From Eledone cirrhosa (lineage: Eukaryota), in NCBI GenBank assembly GCA_964016885.1, contig OZ024740.1, positions 399,466,001 through 399,530,000 on the forward strand: DNA of 64,000 bases, in the 5' to 3' direction. The notes beneath the pieces were generated by a model. The model did no database searches and was not told where the DNA came from. It was given only the letters and a program-made list of their open reading frames with translations. This document shows, in pieces, positions 40,901 to 51,578 of this stretch (position 1 is its first letter; each line of letters opens with the position of its first letter). The position numbers and the translations under genes were made by a program.

Positions 40901-41880
40901 ATTCACATGCAGCAGCTGTGCTGAAACAGCAAGCAAACAGCCACAGGAAACAAGTACCACCAATCTCTGGGAGGGCCCTGTAGAAACAGTAGACAGCTTC
41001 TGCTACCTAGGTGACCGAATTAGCAACGGAGGTGGGTGCTCAGAAAGTACAATAACTAGGGTAAGAACGGGATGGAAGAAGTTTAGGGAACTACTACCAC
41101 TGCTAGCTGCAAAAGGCTTCTCCCTCAGAATGAAAGGCAGACTGTATGATGCGTGTATCCGAACAGCGATGTTGCATGGTAGTGAGACCTGGGCGCTGAA
41201 GGTGGAAGACTTACGTAGATTAGAGAGAAACGAAGCCTGCATGCTCCGATGGATGTGTAACAGTAATATACGTGAACGACAAAGCTTAAATGAATTGAGA
41301 GAGAGACTGAGCATAAGAGGAATCAAATGCTGCGTGCAGGAGAGGCGGTTACGCTGGTATGGACATGTGATGCGTATGAAGGATGACAGCTGCATAAAAA
41401 GGTGCAGAGCACTAGAAGTTGATGGAAACCGCGGAGTGGGGAGACCCAAGATGACTTGGGATGAGGTGATAAAAGCCGACCTTACCCAACTACACCTCTC
41501 AAAGTCAATGACACACGACCGTGACTTCTGGCGTCACGCAGTAATACAGGGTACCCGACCTCCCATGGGTACATGCTGAAGCATATAAACAATATGCCCC
41601 CCCCCCACCGCAAGGTGGTCGTGGAGGTGCCACGGCAAAAAAGCACCCAGCCCACACTGTAAAGTGGACGTGTAGGCGCCACGAAAAAGCACCCAGCACT
41701 CACTGTAAATGAGGTTGGTGTTAGGAAGGGCATCCAGCTGTAGAAATCAAGCCAGATCAGTTCCTGTATGAGCAAGGCATGGTCAGCCGACCAGACACTG
41801 CCCACAACAGGACAACCCGTCTAACCCATGCTAGCGTGGAAGAACGGACGTAAAACGGTGATGATGATGATGATGATGAT
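37986..41880 (+). mobile_element. Full-length RTE-clade LINE
   Basis: Duplicated 5' motif, single intact ORF, 3' UTR and (GAT)n tail; (TA)n on both sides. Confidence 0.95.
38460..41579 (+). CDS. RTE ORF: APE endonuclease + reverse transcriptase with PHD-like finger (1039 aa)
   Basis: GTINV, VQETRW, SAYAP, GDFNGH and LDFIL (APE); NYRGI, FVDLEKAFD, GVHQGSVLSP and YADD (RT); C4HC3 insert. Confidence 0.95.
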   Translation: MNLRATKHPREAPTQRPSPTSVDKCPKLRVGTINVGSMKGRAGEIVEMLERKEVDVCCVQETRWRGGSARVLVGKSQCYKFFWVGNDDGMGGVGILLADKWVDKVISVYRVNARIIKLRLVLNKTITTIISAYAPQSGLPDELKDRFYESLIHTTALTDDKDFLIIAGDFNGHVGKHCDGFNRVHGGHGVGTRNEEGFRLLEFCDANDMSICNTNFKKPDNHLITYRSGEHSSQLDFILIRGRDRWTVVNTKAFPSEECTSQHSLVVSDLTVRTRRALKQRPTWRRKIWKLKVPSTSNRFKDILLNAYDSKEEQIETFNVEENWEFLKNNLLEATDEVCGWSKTSSRRRVTWWWNNKVDEAVKAKRQAWKEWKNGGSRVHYIETKREARRQVYLARREAEDRKFKHVLQREDQKQEVFKIARQCVRDSCDVIGEKCIRNDKGELALTSAEKKDAWKSHYDRLLNEENAWEEETLPHVDPIEGPAVQVSGSVVSKAIRDMKIGKATGPSGIAAEMLKASGSVGHTITTRIVNQVILEGAIPKDWCSSIIVNCYKGKGDALDRGNYRGIKLMDQVMKVTERVIAQLIRDRVNIDEMQFGFVPGKGTTDALFLVRQLQEKYLAKSKPLYLAFVDLEKAFDRVPRAVIWWALRKLGVDEWLVKAVQAMYRGAVSKVRIGNEYSEEFSVQVGVHQGSVLSPLLFIIVLQAITEEFKTGCPWELLYADDLALIAESMVELENKFQTWKQGLERKGLKVNMTKTKVLISRRENRTQIPSGKWPCSVCRKGVGRNSILCPKCKQWVHKRCSGISGSLIKNVGFTCSSCAETASKQPQETSTTNLWEGPVETVDSFCYLGDRISNGGGCSESTITRVRTGWKKFRELLPLLAAKGFSLRMKGRLYDACIRTAMLHGSETWALKVEDLRRLERNEACMLRWMCNSNIRERQSLNELRERLSIRGIKCCVQERRLRWYGHVMRMKDDSCIKRCRALEVDGNRGVGRPKMTWDEVIKADLTQLHLSKSMTHDRDFWRHAVIQGTRPPMGTC

Positions 41881-41994
41881 ATATATATATATAATATATA
41901 AGATCAAAAGATGGTTAAAAGAGTTCCATGTATTTTATTATGCGCATTTCAAAAACAAATATCATCATGCAATAATATTTGTGTTTTCATCAGA

Positions 41995-42240
41995 TATGAG
42001 CGTTAGATCATCTGGGTATAGGAGTTCCCATGGGCAGCCAGTCTTGAACTCCACTGTTATAGCCTGAAGGGCAATAATAAATAATAGGGGGCTAAGAACA
42101 GAGCCCTGATGAACACCAACTTTTACGCGAAAATCTTCACTATATTCGTTAATTCTAACCTTGCTGACTGTTTCTTTATACATGGCTTGTATAGCTCTCA
42201 CAAGCCATTCGTCAACACCTAGTTTTCTAAGAGCCCACCA
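41995..42240 (-). mobile_element. RTE family B internal RT fragment
   Basis: WWALRKLGVDEW...GVHQGSVLSP...ELLYPDDLTLI. Confidence 0.88.
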
Positions 42241-42309
42241 GGATATATATATATATATACATACATACATATATATATTTACATACATACATATATATAT
42301 ATATATATA

Positions 42310-44096
42310 CAACGAAGGAAATGTGGTAAGGAACCAGGTGGACCATAACGCACCAAAGTACTCAATACTTGAGGTAGTAGAGTGGGTAATAGGAACCAGT
42401 AAGACCCCGACAGCTGAGCTCAAGCCGTTTCGACGGCTAATTCTGGACTAAATGAAAATTTATCCTGGTATTTAAATAGCCGATCTTCTCAAGGGGTAAT
42501 TCCATATATGGTCAAAGTGATTGTCAAAAATCAGTAGTAATTCTGTGGTTGCAAATTAGTAGGGGAGATGGTGGCTAAACCTGCCAGTAGGAGAAAGAGG
42601 GGAGGGGGTGGAGTAGACCCAATCAAGCGTTGGTAGTGCCAGCTACAGCTGGGCATGAGGTCAAAGAAGATACAGGGGAGGGGGAGGGGGGGGAAGTCGG
42701 AACGGTAGGTAGAACAATGGGGGGTAGAAATAGGAAAGAAAAAAAAAATACTGAGAGTGAAGAAAAGCAAATAAGTGTAAAGAAAAGTAAAGTAAATTAA
42801 ATACTACGACCTAGGTGTCAGGCTATTGTTAGGCTAGAATAAAATAAATAAAGAAAGAAAGAAAGAAGTAAAAAAATAAATAAATGAATAAATAAGGAAA
42901 TAAGTAAGAGAACTAGGTGGGACGGATAAGGCAAGGACCCTTTTAAGAGGTATAAGTACGTAAATGATACGGTGACGGGTCAACAAAAGGGGCCAAAATA
43001 CTAAAGAGACTACCACGAAATAAACAATAAAGGTTTCCATCCCGGGCCAGCAACGACCCAGTGCAGCAAAGTGAACTTGTACGAGATAATAATTCTGAGT
43101 CCCGAGAAAAATATATACTAATGCTAACTCTAAAAGATCTAAAACAAGCTACATGAAAGTTCTTACGAAATAAAGGTAGAATACGGAGAAATAAATTCAG
43201 AATCCACCCCGCCCAGAAGAAAAGCGAAGCAAGAAATACTGAAACAAAAAAATAAGGCATGTGCCACTAAGAAATATAGAGGGCACAGAGAATAGTGGGA
43301 GCGGTCGGAAAAAGGGGGAAAGTATCCGGGGTCTAAGCCAGCTGCTATAAAGGGCGGAGTCCGCCAAATCTATCAAAGACTAGGGGAGGGGGGTGGGGGT
43401 ACTAAGGCTACATGGGGCCAAAGGGCAGCCTCGGGTGGGCGAGAAAAGACGCCGACAAAGGAGAAGAGCTGGGGTAGAAGGACAAAGGGGAGAGGGGGGA
43501 AGGAAATAAAGGAAGCGATAAAAGAATACAAAGAAGATCTTACGTCTTCCTTGGCAAGCAGGGGTTACCTATTGCAAAATCGGCAACTGGGGTGTTATAG
43601 CCCTAGTCTACCCCCCCCCGGGTCATTATGGGGTTTGAGGGCGAGGTAAGTCCTACGCAATCTATGTTTACATGCAGTAACCAGTTCATCTTTCTTGTTT
43701 AGGAGTTGGTCCGTCGAAAACAGCATTTGTAAAGTTTCCTCCGAGCATAAATTGCACGGACGGCGTCCTCCCGTGTAAGAATTGGCTCTGGACAGTAATC
43801 TCCAAGTGAGATCATAGGTGATGTTGTTGTCCTTGAGGTCCCATATGTGGCCCGAAAGTGTAGTGGCGTGACGCCGGGCCGGGTTTCGGAAGGTATGTCT
43901 ATGTTGGTATAGCCGGGTCTTGAAGTCACATGCGGTAAGTCCTATATAGGCTTTGTTGGAGGTATCCGTCCTCACGTTGCACTGGTAGATCACATTACGG
44001 TCTCTGCATCTATTGTCGAGTGGGCAAATAGATCTATCCGGGCAGTTACACCTCCTGGTCGGTTCTCCACTGCTAATTAGGTTATTTCTGCCATCG
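42310..44096 (-). mobile_element. Penelope-like element, 5'-truncated (left arm of palindrome)
   Basis: GIY-YIG ORF 43595-43993 (VIYQC...YIGLT...FKTRLYQH...CNLC) preceded by a CxC..CPL...C linker; long 3' UTR with hammerhead. Confidence 0.9.
42404..42497 (-). ncRNA. Type I hammerhead ribozyme, U3-A8 core variant
   Basis: Reverse complement of 45723-45816. Confidence 0.72.
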
Positions 44097-45831
44097 TCTC
44101 CTCTAACAACAAAAAACTCAACCCCGATGGCAGAAATAACCTAATTAGCAGTGGAGAACCGACCAGGAGGTGTAACTGCCCGGATAGATCTATTTGCCCA
44201 CTCGACAATAGATGCAGAGACCGTAATGTGATCTACCAGTGCAACGTGAGGACGGATACCTCCAACAAAGCCTATATAGGACTTACCGCATGTGACTTCA
44301 AGACCCGGCTATACCAACATAGACATACCTTCCGAAACCCGGCCCGGCGTCACGCCACTACACTTTCGGGCCACATATGGGACCTCAAGGACAACAACAT
44401 CACCTATGATCTCACTTGGAGATTACTGTCCAGAGCCAATTCTTACACGGGAGGACGCCGTCCGTGCAATTTATGCTCGGAGGAAACTTTACAAATGCTG
44501 TTTTCGACGGACCAACTCCTAAACAAGAAAGATGAACTGGTTACTGCATGTAAACATAGATTGCGTAGGACTTACCTCGCCCTCAAACCCCATAATGACC
44601 CGGGGGGGTAGACTAGGGCTATAACACCCCAGTTGCCGATTTTGCAATAGGTAACCCCTGCTTGCCAAGGAAGACGTAAGATCTTCTTTGTATTCTTTTA
44701 TCGCTTCCTTTATTTCCTTCCCCCCTCTCCCCTTTGTCCTTCTACCCCAGCTCTTCTCCTTTGTCGGCGTCTTTTCTCGCCCACCCGAGGCTGCCCTTTG
44801 GCCCCATGTAGCCTTAGTACCCCCACCCCCCTCCCCTAGTCTTTGATAGATTTGGCGGACTCCGCCCTTTATAGCAGCTGGCTTAGACCCCGGATACTTT
44901 CCCCCTTTTTCCGACCGCTCCCACTATTCTCTGTGCCCTCTATATTTCTTAGTGGCACATGCCTTATTTTTTTGTTTCAGTATTTCTTGCTTCGCTTTTC
45001 TTCTGGGCGGGGTGGATTCTGAATTTATTTCTCCGTATTCTACCTTTATTTCGTACGAACTTTCATGTAGCTTGTTTTAGATCTTTTAGAGTTAGCATTA
45101 GTATATATTTTTCTCGGGACTCAGAATTATTATCTCGTACAAGTTCACTTTGCTGCACTGGGTCGTTGCTGGCCCGGGATGGAAACCTTTATTGTTTATT
45201 TCGTGGTAGTCTCTTTAGTATTTTGGCCCCTTTTGTTGACCCGTCACCGTATCATTTACGTACTTATACCTCTTAAAAGGGTCCTTGCCTTATCCGTCCC
45301 ACCTAGTTCTCTTACTTATTTCCTTATTTATTCATTTATTTATTTTTTTACTTCTTTCTTTCTTTCTTTATTTATTTTATTCTAGCCTAACAATAGCCTG
45401 ACACCTAGGTCGTAGTATTTAATTTACTTTACTTTTCTTTACACTTATTTGCTTTTCTTCACTCTCAGTATTTTTTTTTTTCTTTCCTATTTCTACCCCC
45501 CATTGTTCTACCTACCGTTCCGACTTCCCCCCCCTCCCCCTCCCCTGTATCTTCTTTGACCTCATGCCCAGCTGTAGCTGGCACTACCAACGCTTGATTG
45601 GGTCTACTCCACCCCCTCCCCTCTTTCTCCTACTGGCAGGTTTAGCCACCATCTCCCCTACTAATTTGCAACCACAGAATTACTACTGATTTTTGACAAT
45701 CACTTTGACCATATATGGAATTACCCCTTGAGAAGATCGGCTATTTAAATACCAGGATAAATTTTCATTTAGTCCAGAATTAGCCGTCGAAACGGCTTGA
45801 GCTCAGCTGTCGGGGTCTTACTGGTTCCTAT
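44091..45831 (+). mobile_element. Penelope-like element, 5'-truncated (right arm of palindrome)
   Basis: Same GIY-YIG ORF (44228-44611), open upstream through IVSSNNKKL..RCNCPDRSICPLDNRC. Confidence 0.9.
45723..45816 (+). ncRNA. Type I hammerhead ribozyme, U3-A8 core variant
   Basis: acccc-TTGAGAA-ga(t)cggcta...tagccgtc-GAAA-cggc(ttgagctca)gct-GTC-ggggt; all three stems pair. Confidence 0.72.
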
Positions 45832-46241
45832 ATATATATACATACATATATATATATATACATATATATGGTTTGTATATCTCTCTCGCCATGAAATCCA
45901 CCCAGCTTATGCTGACCGGATTACCATGTTGCTTGTTTTTTGCTATCTTTGCATTGCTTTCAGCCTTCTATGTTGTTTACTTGTCTCACTCGCTTTACGC
46001 GATTTACTTGTCCCAATAGCTTTATTTAGCTATTGCTCGCACCAACCGGAGGTATATGATTTTTAATGCGATGAAATACCAATGAAGGTTGGAAAATCAC
46101 TGACGAAGGACTATTTTTATCATATGAAACCCATGTGCAACCACGCAGTATTCTTTCTTCTCATGTTTTTTATATATATATATATACACATACATATATA
46201 TATATATACATACATATATATATACATATATATATACAAAC

Positions 46242-48780
46242 ATGACTGTGGTGTTGCTGGACTATCAAAAAGCATTTGATAGTGTACCTTATGGGTGGAT
46301 TGTTAAGGCTTTACAGTTAGCCAAAGTCCCACAACCACTGGTAGCTGCTGTTGAACGTCTGATCAAGAACTGGTACACCAATTTGATCCTTAGAGGTGAG
46401 AAGGAGCAAGTTAAGACTGATAGGATACATTACCAGAAGGGCATCTTTCAGGGTGATAGCTTGTCAGTGCTACTCTTCGTTCTCTCACTAAATCCACTAT
46501 CTTACCTACTCAGGAAACAAGATGGACAAAGAAGTGGGTCCAGAAGTATCTCCCATCTTTTCTTTGTTGATGACCTGAAGTTGTATGGGCCAAATATCAA
46601 TGACATCAAGAAACAATTGGACCTCATTACACAATTTTCAACAGATATCAAAATGAAATTTGGTGAGTCCAAGTGTGCATATTTGGCAGTAAAACGTGGA
46701 AGAGCAGTGCCCTCCTCTAGAAATCTAGAGATGAACAGCCTGACAATACAACCTCTACAGTCAGGTGACAACTACAGATATCTTGGACAGGATGAGAATG
46801 TCAGATATGATGGACCCATAAATAAGGAGAGAACCAGAACTGAATACCTCATCAGAACTGTCAGCGTACAACAAATACATTGCCCACAATACTTATGCTG
46901 TGCCAATTCTAACGCCAACATTTGGCCTGCTGAACTGGTCATTGCAAGACCTAAGTGAGATGGATGTTAGAACTCGCAAACTTCTGTGTTACTGGGAACT
47001 TTAACATCAATGGTGATGTGGATAGGCTATACTTCTCACGCAAGGAAGCTGGCCGGGGTCTAAAATCCATATTAACATCATATGAGACCTGGATAGTAAC
47101 ACTGAAGCAACACCTGCAACAGAGGAAAAAGGTTGGCAACCATCTTGCCCAGGTTTATGAGCATGAAAAAAAAAATATCATTAGAATAGCCACGGATCTG
47201 GAGGAGAGATATGGAATAAAGTCTGATATAAATTTCTCACCCAGAGAAATCGGAAGATCCTATTCAATGTTCAAACAAGATGAAAAAATTGACCAACTTA
47301 CAGAAAAAGTTGTACACTTTTTTCAACATTCTATACACTATCCTTAGAATCTGCTGTATAGATTTCACTTTCAACGCTTGACTGGGTTTCCCCCACTCCC
47401 TCTTTGTTCTACCAGTAAGTTCAGCTACCCCTACCTTCCACTAAATACCATGATAGAATCATCTGTCTTTAGAACAAATTTTTGACCAATCTTTTTGACA
47501 ATTACTATCTTCCCACATATGGAATTACCCCCTGAGAAGTTCGGCTATTTATTTACCAGGCTAAAAATTCTTATTTAGTCCAGAATTAGCCGTCGAGACA
47601 GCTTGAGCTCTGCCGTCGGGGTCATACTTGTTCCTATTACCCACTCTACTACCCTAAGTATTGAGTACTTTGGTGTGTTATGGTCCATCTGGTTCTTTAA
47701 CACATTTCCTTTGTTATATATATACATTTATATATATATACATACATATATACATATATACATACATATATTTATAAATACATATATATATACATACATA
47801 TATACATATATACATACATATATTTATAAATACATATATATATACATACATATATATTAAAAAATTGACCAATTTACAGAAAAAGTTGTGCATGGATACT
47901 TGAGATATAAAAAACAGACCATAGAGGGGATAAACCACTAAAAAAGCCTGGCATGGAGTTCCGACAAGTTTATGACATCACACCTTGAGGGATATCTCTA
48001 TGCAATACAGGAACAAGAACTCTCTACCAAATATCTGCTGCACAAAAGAGGAGGGCCAGCAGCTGACAATAAATGTAGGCTATGTAAAACAAAGATCGAG
48101 GATGTAAGCCACATTGTTGCCAGCTGCGAAAGAATGTCATCTCGCTACTACCTGCCCATGAGACACAATGGGATAGCTAGAACCATCTGGAATGCACTTC
48201 GGAAAACAAAATTAACAACAAACGAGGAAGAATATATTGAGACTGATGGCACTAAGGAATACTGGTGGAACCTGAAAATAAAAACTGCTACCAAATTAAA
48301 GCACAACCGGCCTGATATTGTTGTTTGGGACCACACATTGAAAACGTGTTCTGTTGTGGAGATCAGCTGCCTACTTGATGTAAACGTTGTCAGAAAAATA
48401 CAGGAGAAGGAGGACATCGACGGACCATTGATGAGGAGTTTACAAATCCAGTATCCAAGATACACCTTTAGCTTCATACCCATCATTATTGGAGCTACGG
48501 GTTATATACCAACCTGCTTGGACCAAAGTATGACTGAACTTGGATTTGCGGACAAAGAGCGCAGCTCCCTAATTCATAGTCTACAAATGGCTGCGATAGC
48601 TGGCACCTTCAAAATTTGCAAAACATTCTTGCGATTCAAGGGATAACAATTTCTTTTCTTTTACAACCTTGCCACCAGGAAGGTGGCCGGTCAAAAAAAT
48701 ATACTCGAAATTAAGAGAAAGCGATAACATATATATGATGATGGCTGCCCCCTCGTTATCGAGTATGGCCATTGCACAAT
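46242..48780 (+). mobile_element. R4/Dong-like non-LTR retrotransposon (RT + CCHC + restriction-like endonuclease), 5'-truncated and interrupted
   Basis: LDYQKAFDSVP, GIFQGDSLS, HLFFVDDLKLY, CRLC..E...HIVASC, RH, RPDIVVWD...VVEISC; poly(A)/(TAA)n tail. Confidence 0.9.
47314..47858 (+). mobile_element. Penelope-like 3' terminal fragment plus (TA)n inserted in the R4/Dong element
   Basis: Diverged copy of the palindrome terminus; 31-bp direct repeat at 47283-47313 and 47859-47889. Confidence 0.8.
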
Positions 48781-48825
48781 AAAAAAAAAAAAAAAAAAAA
48801 AAAAATTTAAAAATAATAATAATAA

Positions 48826-48868
<43 letters not shown>

Positions 48869-48885
48869 AAAAAAAAAGGGAAAAG

Positions 48886-48916
<31 letters not shown>

Positions 48917-49036
48917 TACACATATATATATATACACATACATATACACACACACATACATACACATACATACATATATACACACACACATACATACACA
49001 TACACTCACACATATATACACACATACATTAATAAC

Positions 49037-49079
<43 letters not shown>

Positions 49080-49158
49080 GCAATAATAATAATAACGACA
49101 ACAACAATAATAATATACATATTCATATATATATACACACACACGCACGCACATAAGC

Positions 49159-49195
<37 letters not shown>
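48781..49195. repeat. Compound microsatellite block: poly(A), (TAA)n, (TA)n, (CA)n
   Basis: Directly visible. Similar (TA/CA)n tracts at 17660-17760, 18400-18690, 20465-20570, 47715-47858 and 51481-51732. Confidence 0.95.
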
Positions 49196-49199
<4 letters not shown>

Positions 49200-51545
49200 T
49201 GATAGCAACTAACAGTGCTGCGATCGAATGTGGCTTTTTAGCCCAGCCAATGATCTAAAATGTCTTGCACAGAGTCGGCAACCAAAACACTTACTGGGAA
49301 TAGTCGGCTGTGGTTGGAGTTCGTGTACTTTTGCATGTCGCTTGAGTCCTCCTGCTGATTTACATTCTCTACCACATGTTTGACAAGCATGATGAGTAGC
49401 ATCTCCAACAGCAGCCTGGTAGTCAACCACTGGTCTTACTTTATGACTGCGAAGATGACTTTCGAGTCCAGCTTTGCTTAGGCAGAGTCTCGCACAGACG
49501 CTGCATGTCAGAAACATAGGAGGACCCTCGCCGTCTGGAAGTGCAACAGCAATACCCTTCCTCACGTCCCGCTTTACTTTCTCGTGTGCGATTCGAGATG
49601 CCTCAAAGGCAACTTTTCCCTCATATACAGTCTTTCTCCATTTATTACGATCAGCAGCAATATTTTCCCATGTATCAGCAGAGATGTTAGCGTCCTTCAG
49701 AGAGGCCTTCAAGGAATCCTTATACCTCTTTTTTGGTTTATGTGGCGGTCGTTTTCCTTTAACCAACTCTCCATAGAAGAGTTGTTTTGGTATTCTAGAA
49801 TCCTTCATCCTGGCAAGGTGACCACTCCAACGGAGTCGCTGCTTAAGCACAAGAGCTTCTATACTGTCACACATAGAGCTTTCCAAAATCTCGACATCAC
49901 TGATGTGGTCCCTCCAGCGAACGCCATGTATCCGTCTGAGACACATCTGATGGAAACGCTCCAATTGCTTAAGGTGGCGTCGATATGTGACCCAGGTCTC
50001 GCAGGCATAAAGAAGACAAGAGAGTACACATGCCCTGTACACCCTTACCTTTGTCCTCCTGCATATGTCTCGCCGACCCCAGAGTCGCCTTTCTAGCTTT
50101 CCGAAAGCATCACTTGCTTTCCTAATCCTAAGTGAGATTTCACCGTCAAGGTTGCCGCATCGACTGACAGTGCTTCCCAGGTAGACAAACTGATCAACCA
50201 CTCCAAGTCGTTTGCCATACACATAGATGTTTGGTTCAGTGTACTGCCCACCAGGTGCAGGTTGGTACATGACGACGGTTTTCTTGAGACTGACAGTCAA
50301 ACCCAGGGCAGTGCAAGCGTCAGAAAATACATTCAAAATGTGCTGCATATCACTCTCTGTGTGCGCTACAAGATCGCAATCATCTGCATACAAGAGGTCT
50401 CTTATGACTGATGTAAACACTTTTGTCTTCGCAGCAAAGCGCCTGATGTTAAATATGCTGCCTGAGGTTCGATATCGGATGTAAACACCATGCTCGCAAT
50501 TCCTGAATGCAATACAGAAAACCATTGCAAAGTATATGGCAAACAGGGTCGGTGCTGGAATATCCCCCTGTTTCACTCCATTTTTTACTGAGATAGGCTC
50601 CGACATGTTACCTCCGACATTAACCCAAGCCTTCATGTCGTCATGGAAAGACCTAACTAAAGCAAGGAACTTATCAGGGCAACCAAGTTTCTGGAGAACC
50701 TTCCATAATGCATCTCTGTTGACAGTATCGAAAGCCTTTGTCAGATCGACAAAAACCTGATACAGATCCAAGCCCTGTTCAATGCACTTCTCCTGGAGCT
50801 GTCTAGCTGAGAAGATCATATCAGTAGTGCCGCGTCCAACACGAAAACCAGATTGACTTTCAGGAAGGACACAATCTGCAATGTGTGTCAGCAGACGGTC
50901 CAGAAGCACCCTACATAAAACTTTCCCCACGACAGAAAGCAATGATATACCTCTGTAGTTCCCACAATCATTCCTGTTACCCTTTCCCTTGTACAAGACC
51001 ACCATTACTGCATCTCTCCAGTCCTCAGGCACGGATTCATTAGCCCATATCCTTCCAAACAGAGAGTGAAGATGTTGCAGGAGTCTCTCACCACCATATT
51101 GTAGGAGCTCTGCATGTATGCCATCCATACCTGGAGATCTTCCACTGTTCAGCTTCGAAATAGCCACTGCAACCTCCACAAGTGTCGGAGGTTCTGCGAG
51201 AGCTACTTTCACAGGACTTTCCGGAATGAGATTGAGGAAATCTTCACTGACGACAGACGGCTGATTCAAAAGATCATCAAAGTGCTCTCGCCACCTTCGT
51301 AGAATTCCCTGTGAGTCACGAAGAAGTTCTTTGCCATCCCTGCTGCGAATCGGTGTCACCAGAGAAGAAGACGGTCCATAAACCTCACGCAAGAGACTGT
51401 ACAACAGCTTTGTGTTATTGCAATCAGACGCAGTTTGTATCTCACCAGCCTTCTCACTCCACCACTGATCCTTCATCCAACATATATATACATACATATA
51501 TATATACATACATATATATATACATACATATATATATATACATAC

Positions 51546-51578
<33 letters not shown>

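Noticed and set aside
40334-41449. Long antisense ORFs over LINEs (also 5644-6306, 28865-29275 and 49584-50096)
   Set aside because: Shadow frames of RT coding sequence with no independent motifs.
41620-41715. Regularly spaced cacccag..cactgtaaa repeats (CRISPR-like look)
   Set aside because: Internal subrepeats of RTE 3' UTRs in eukaryotic DNA; no unique spacers or cas genes.
29184-42240. RTE-B pieces at 41995-42240 and 28261-29199 are collinear at LTLI/AES, as if one split element
   Set aside because: A conserved host exon and old repeats lie between them, so independent fragments are more plausible.
44228-46130. Selenoprotein-type Penelope (UGA recoding plus SECIS)
   Set aside because: No in-frame TGA in the visible GIY-YIG ORF; the AUGA/GA hairpin at 46042 has the opposite polarity to a SECIS and lies in another repeat.
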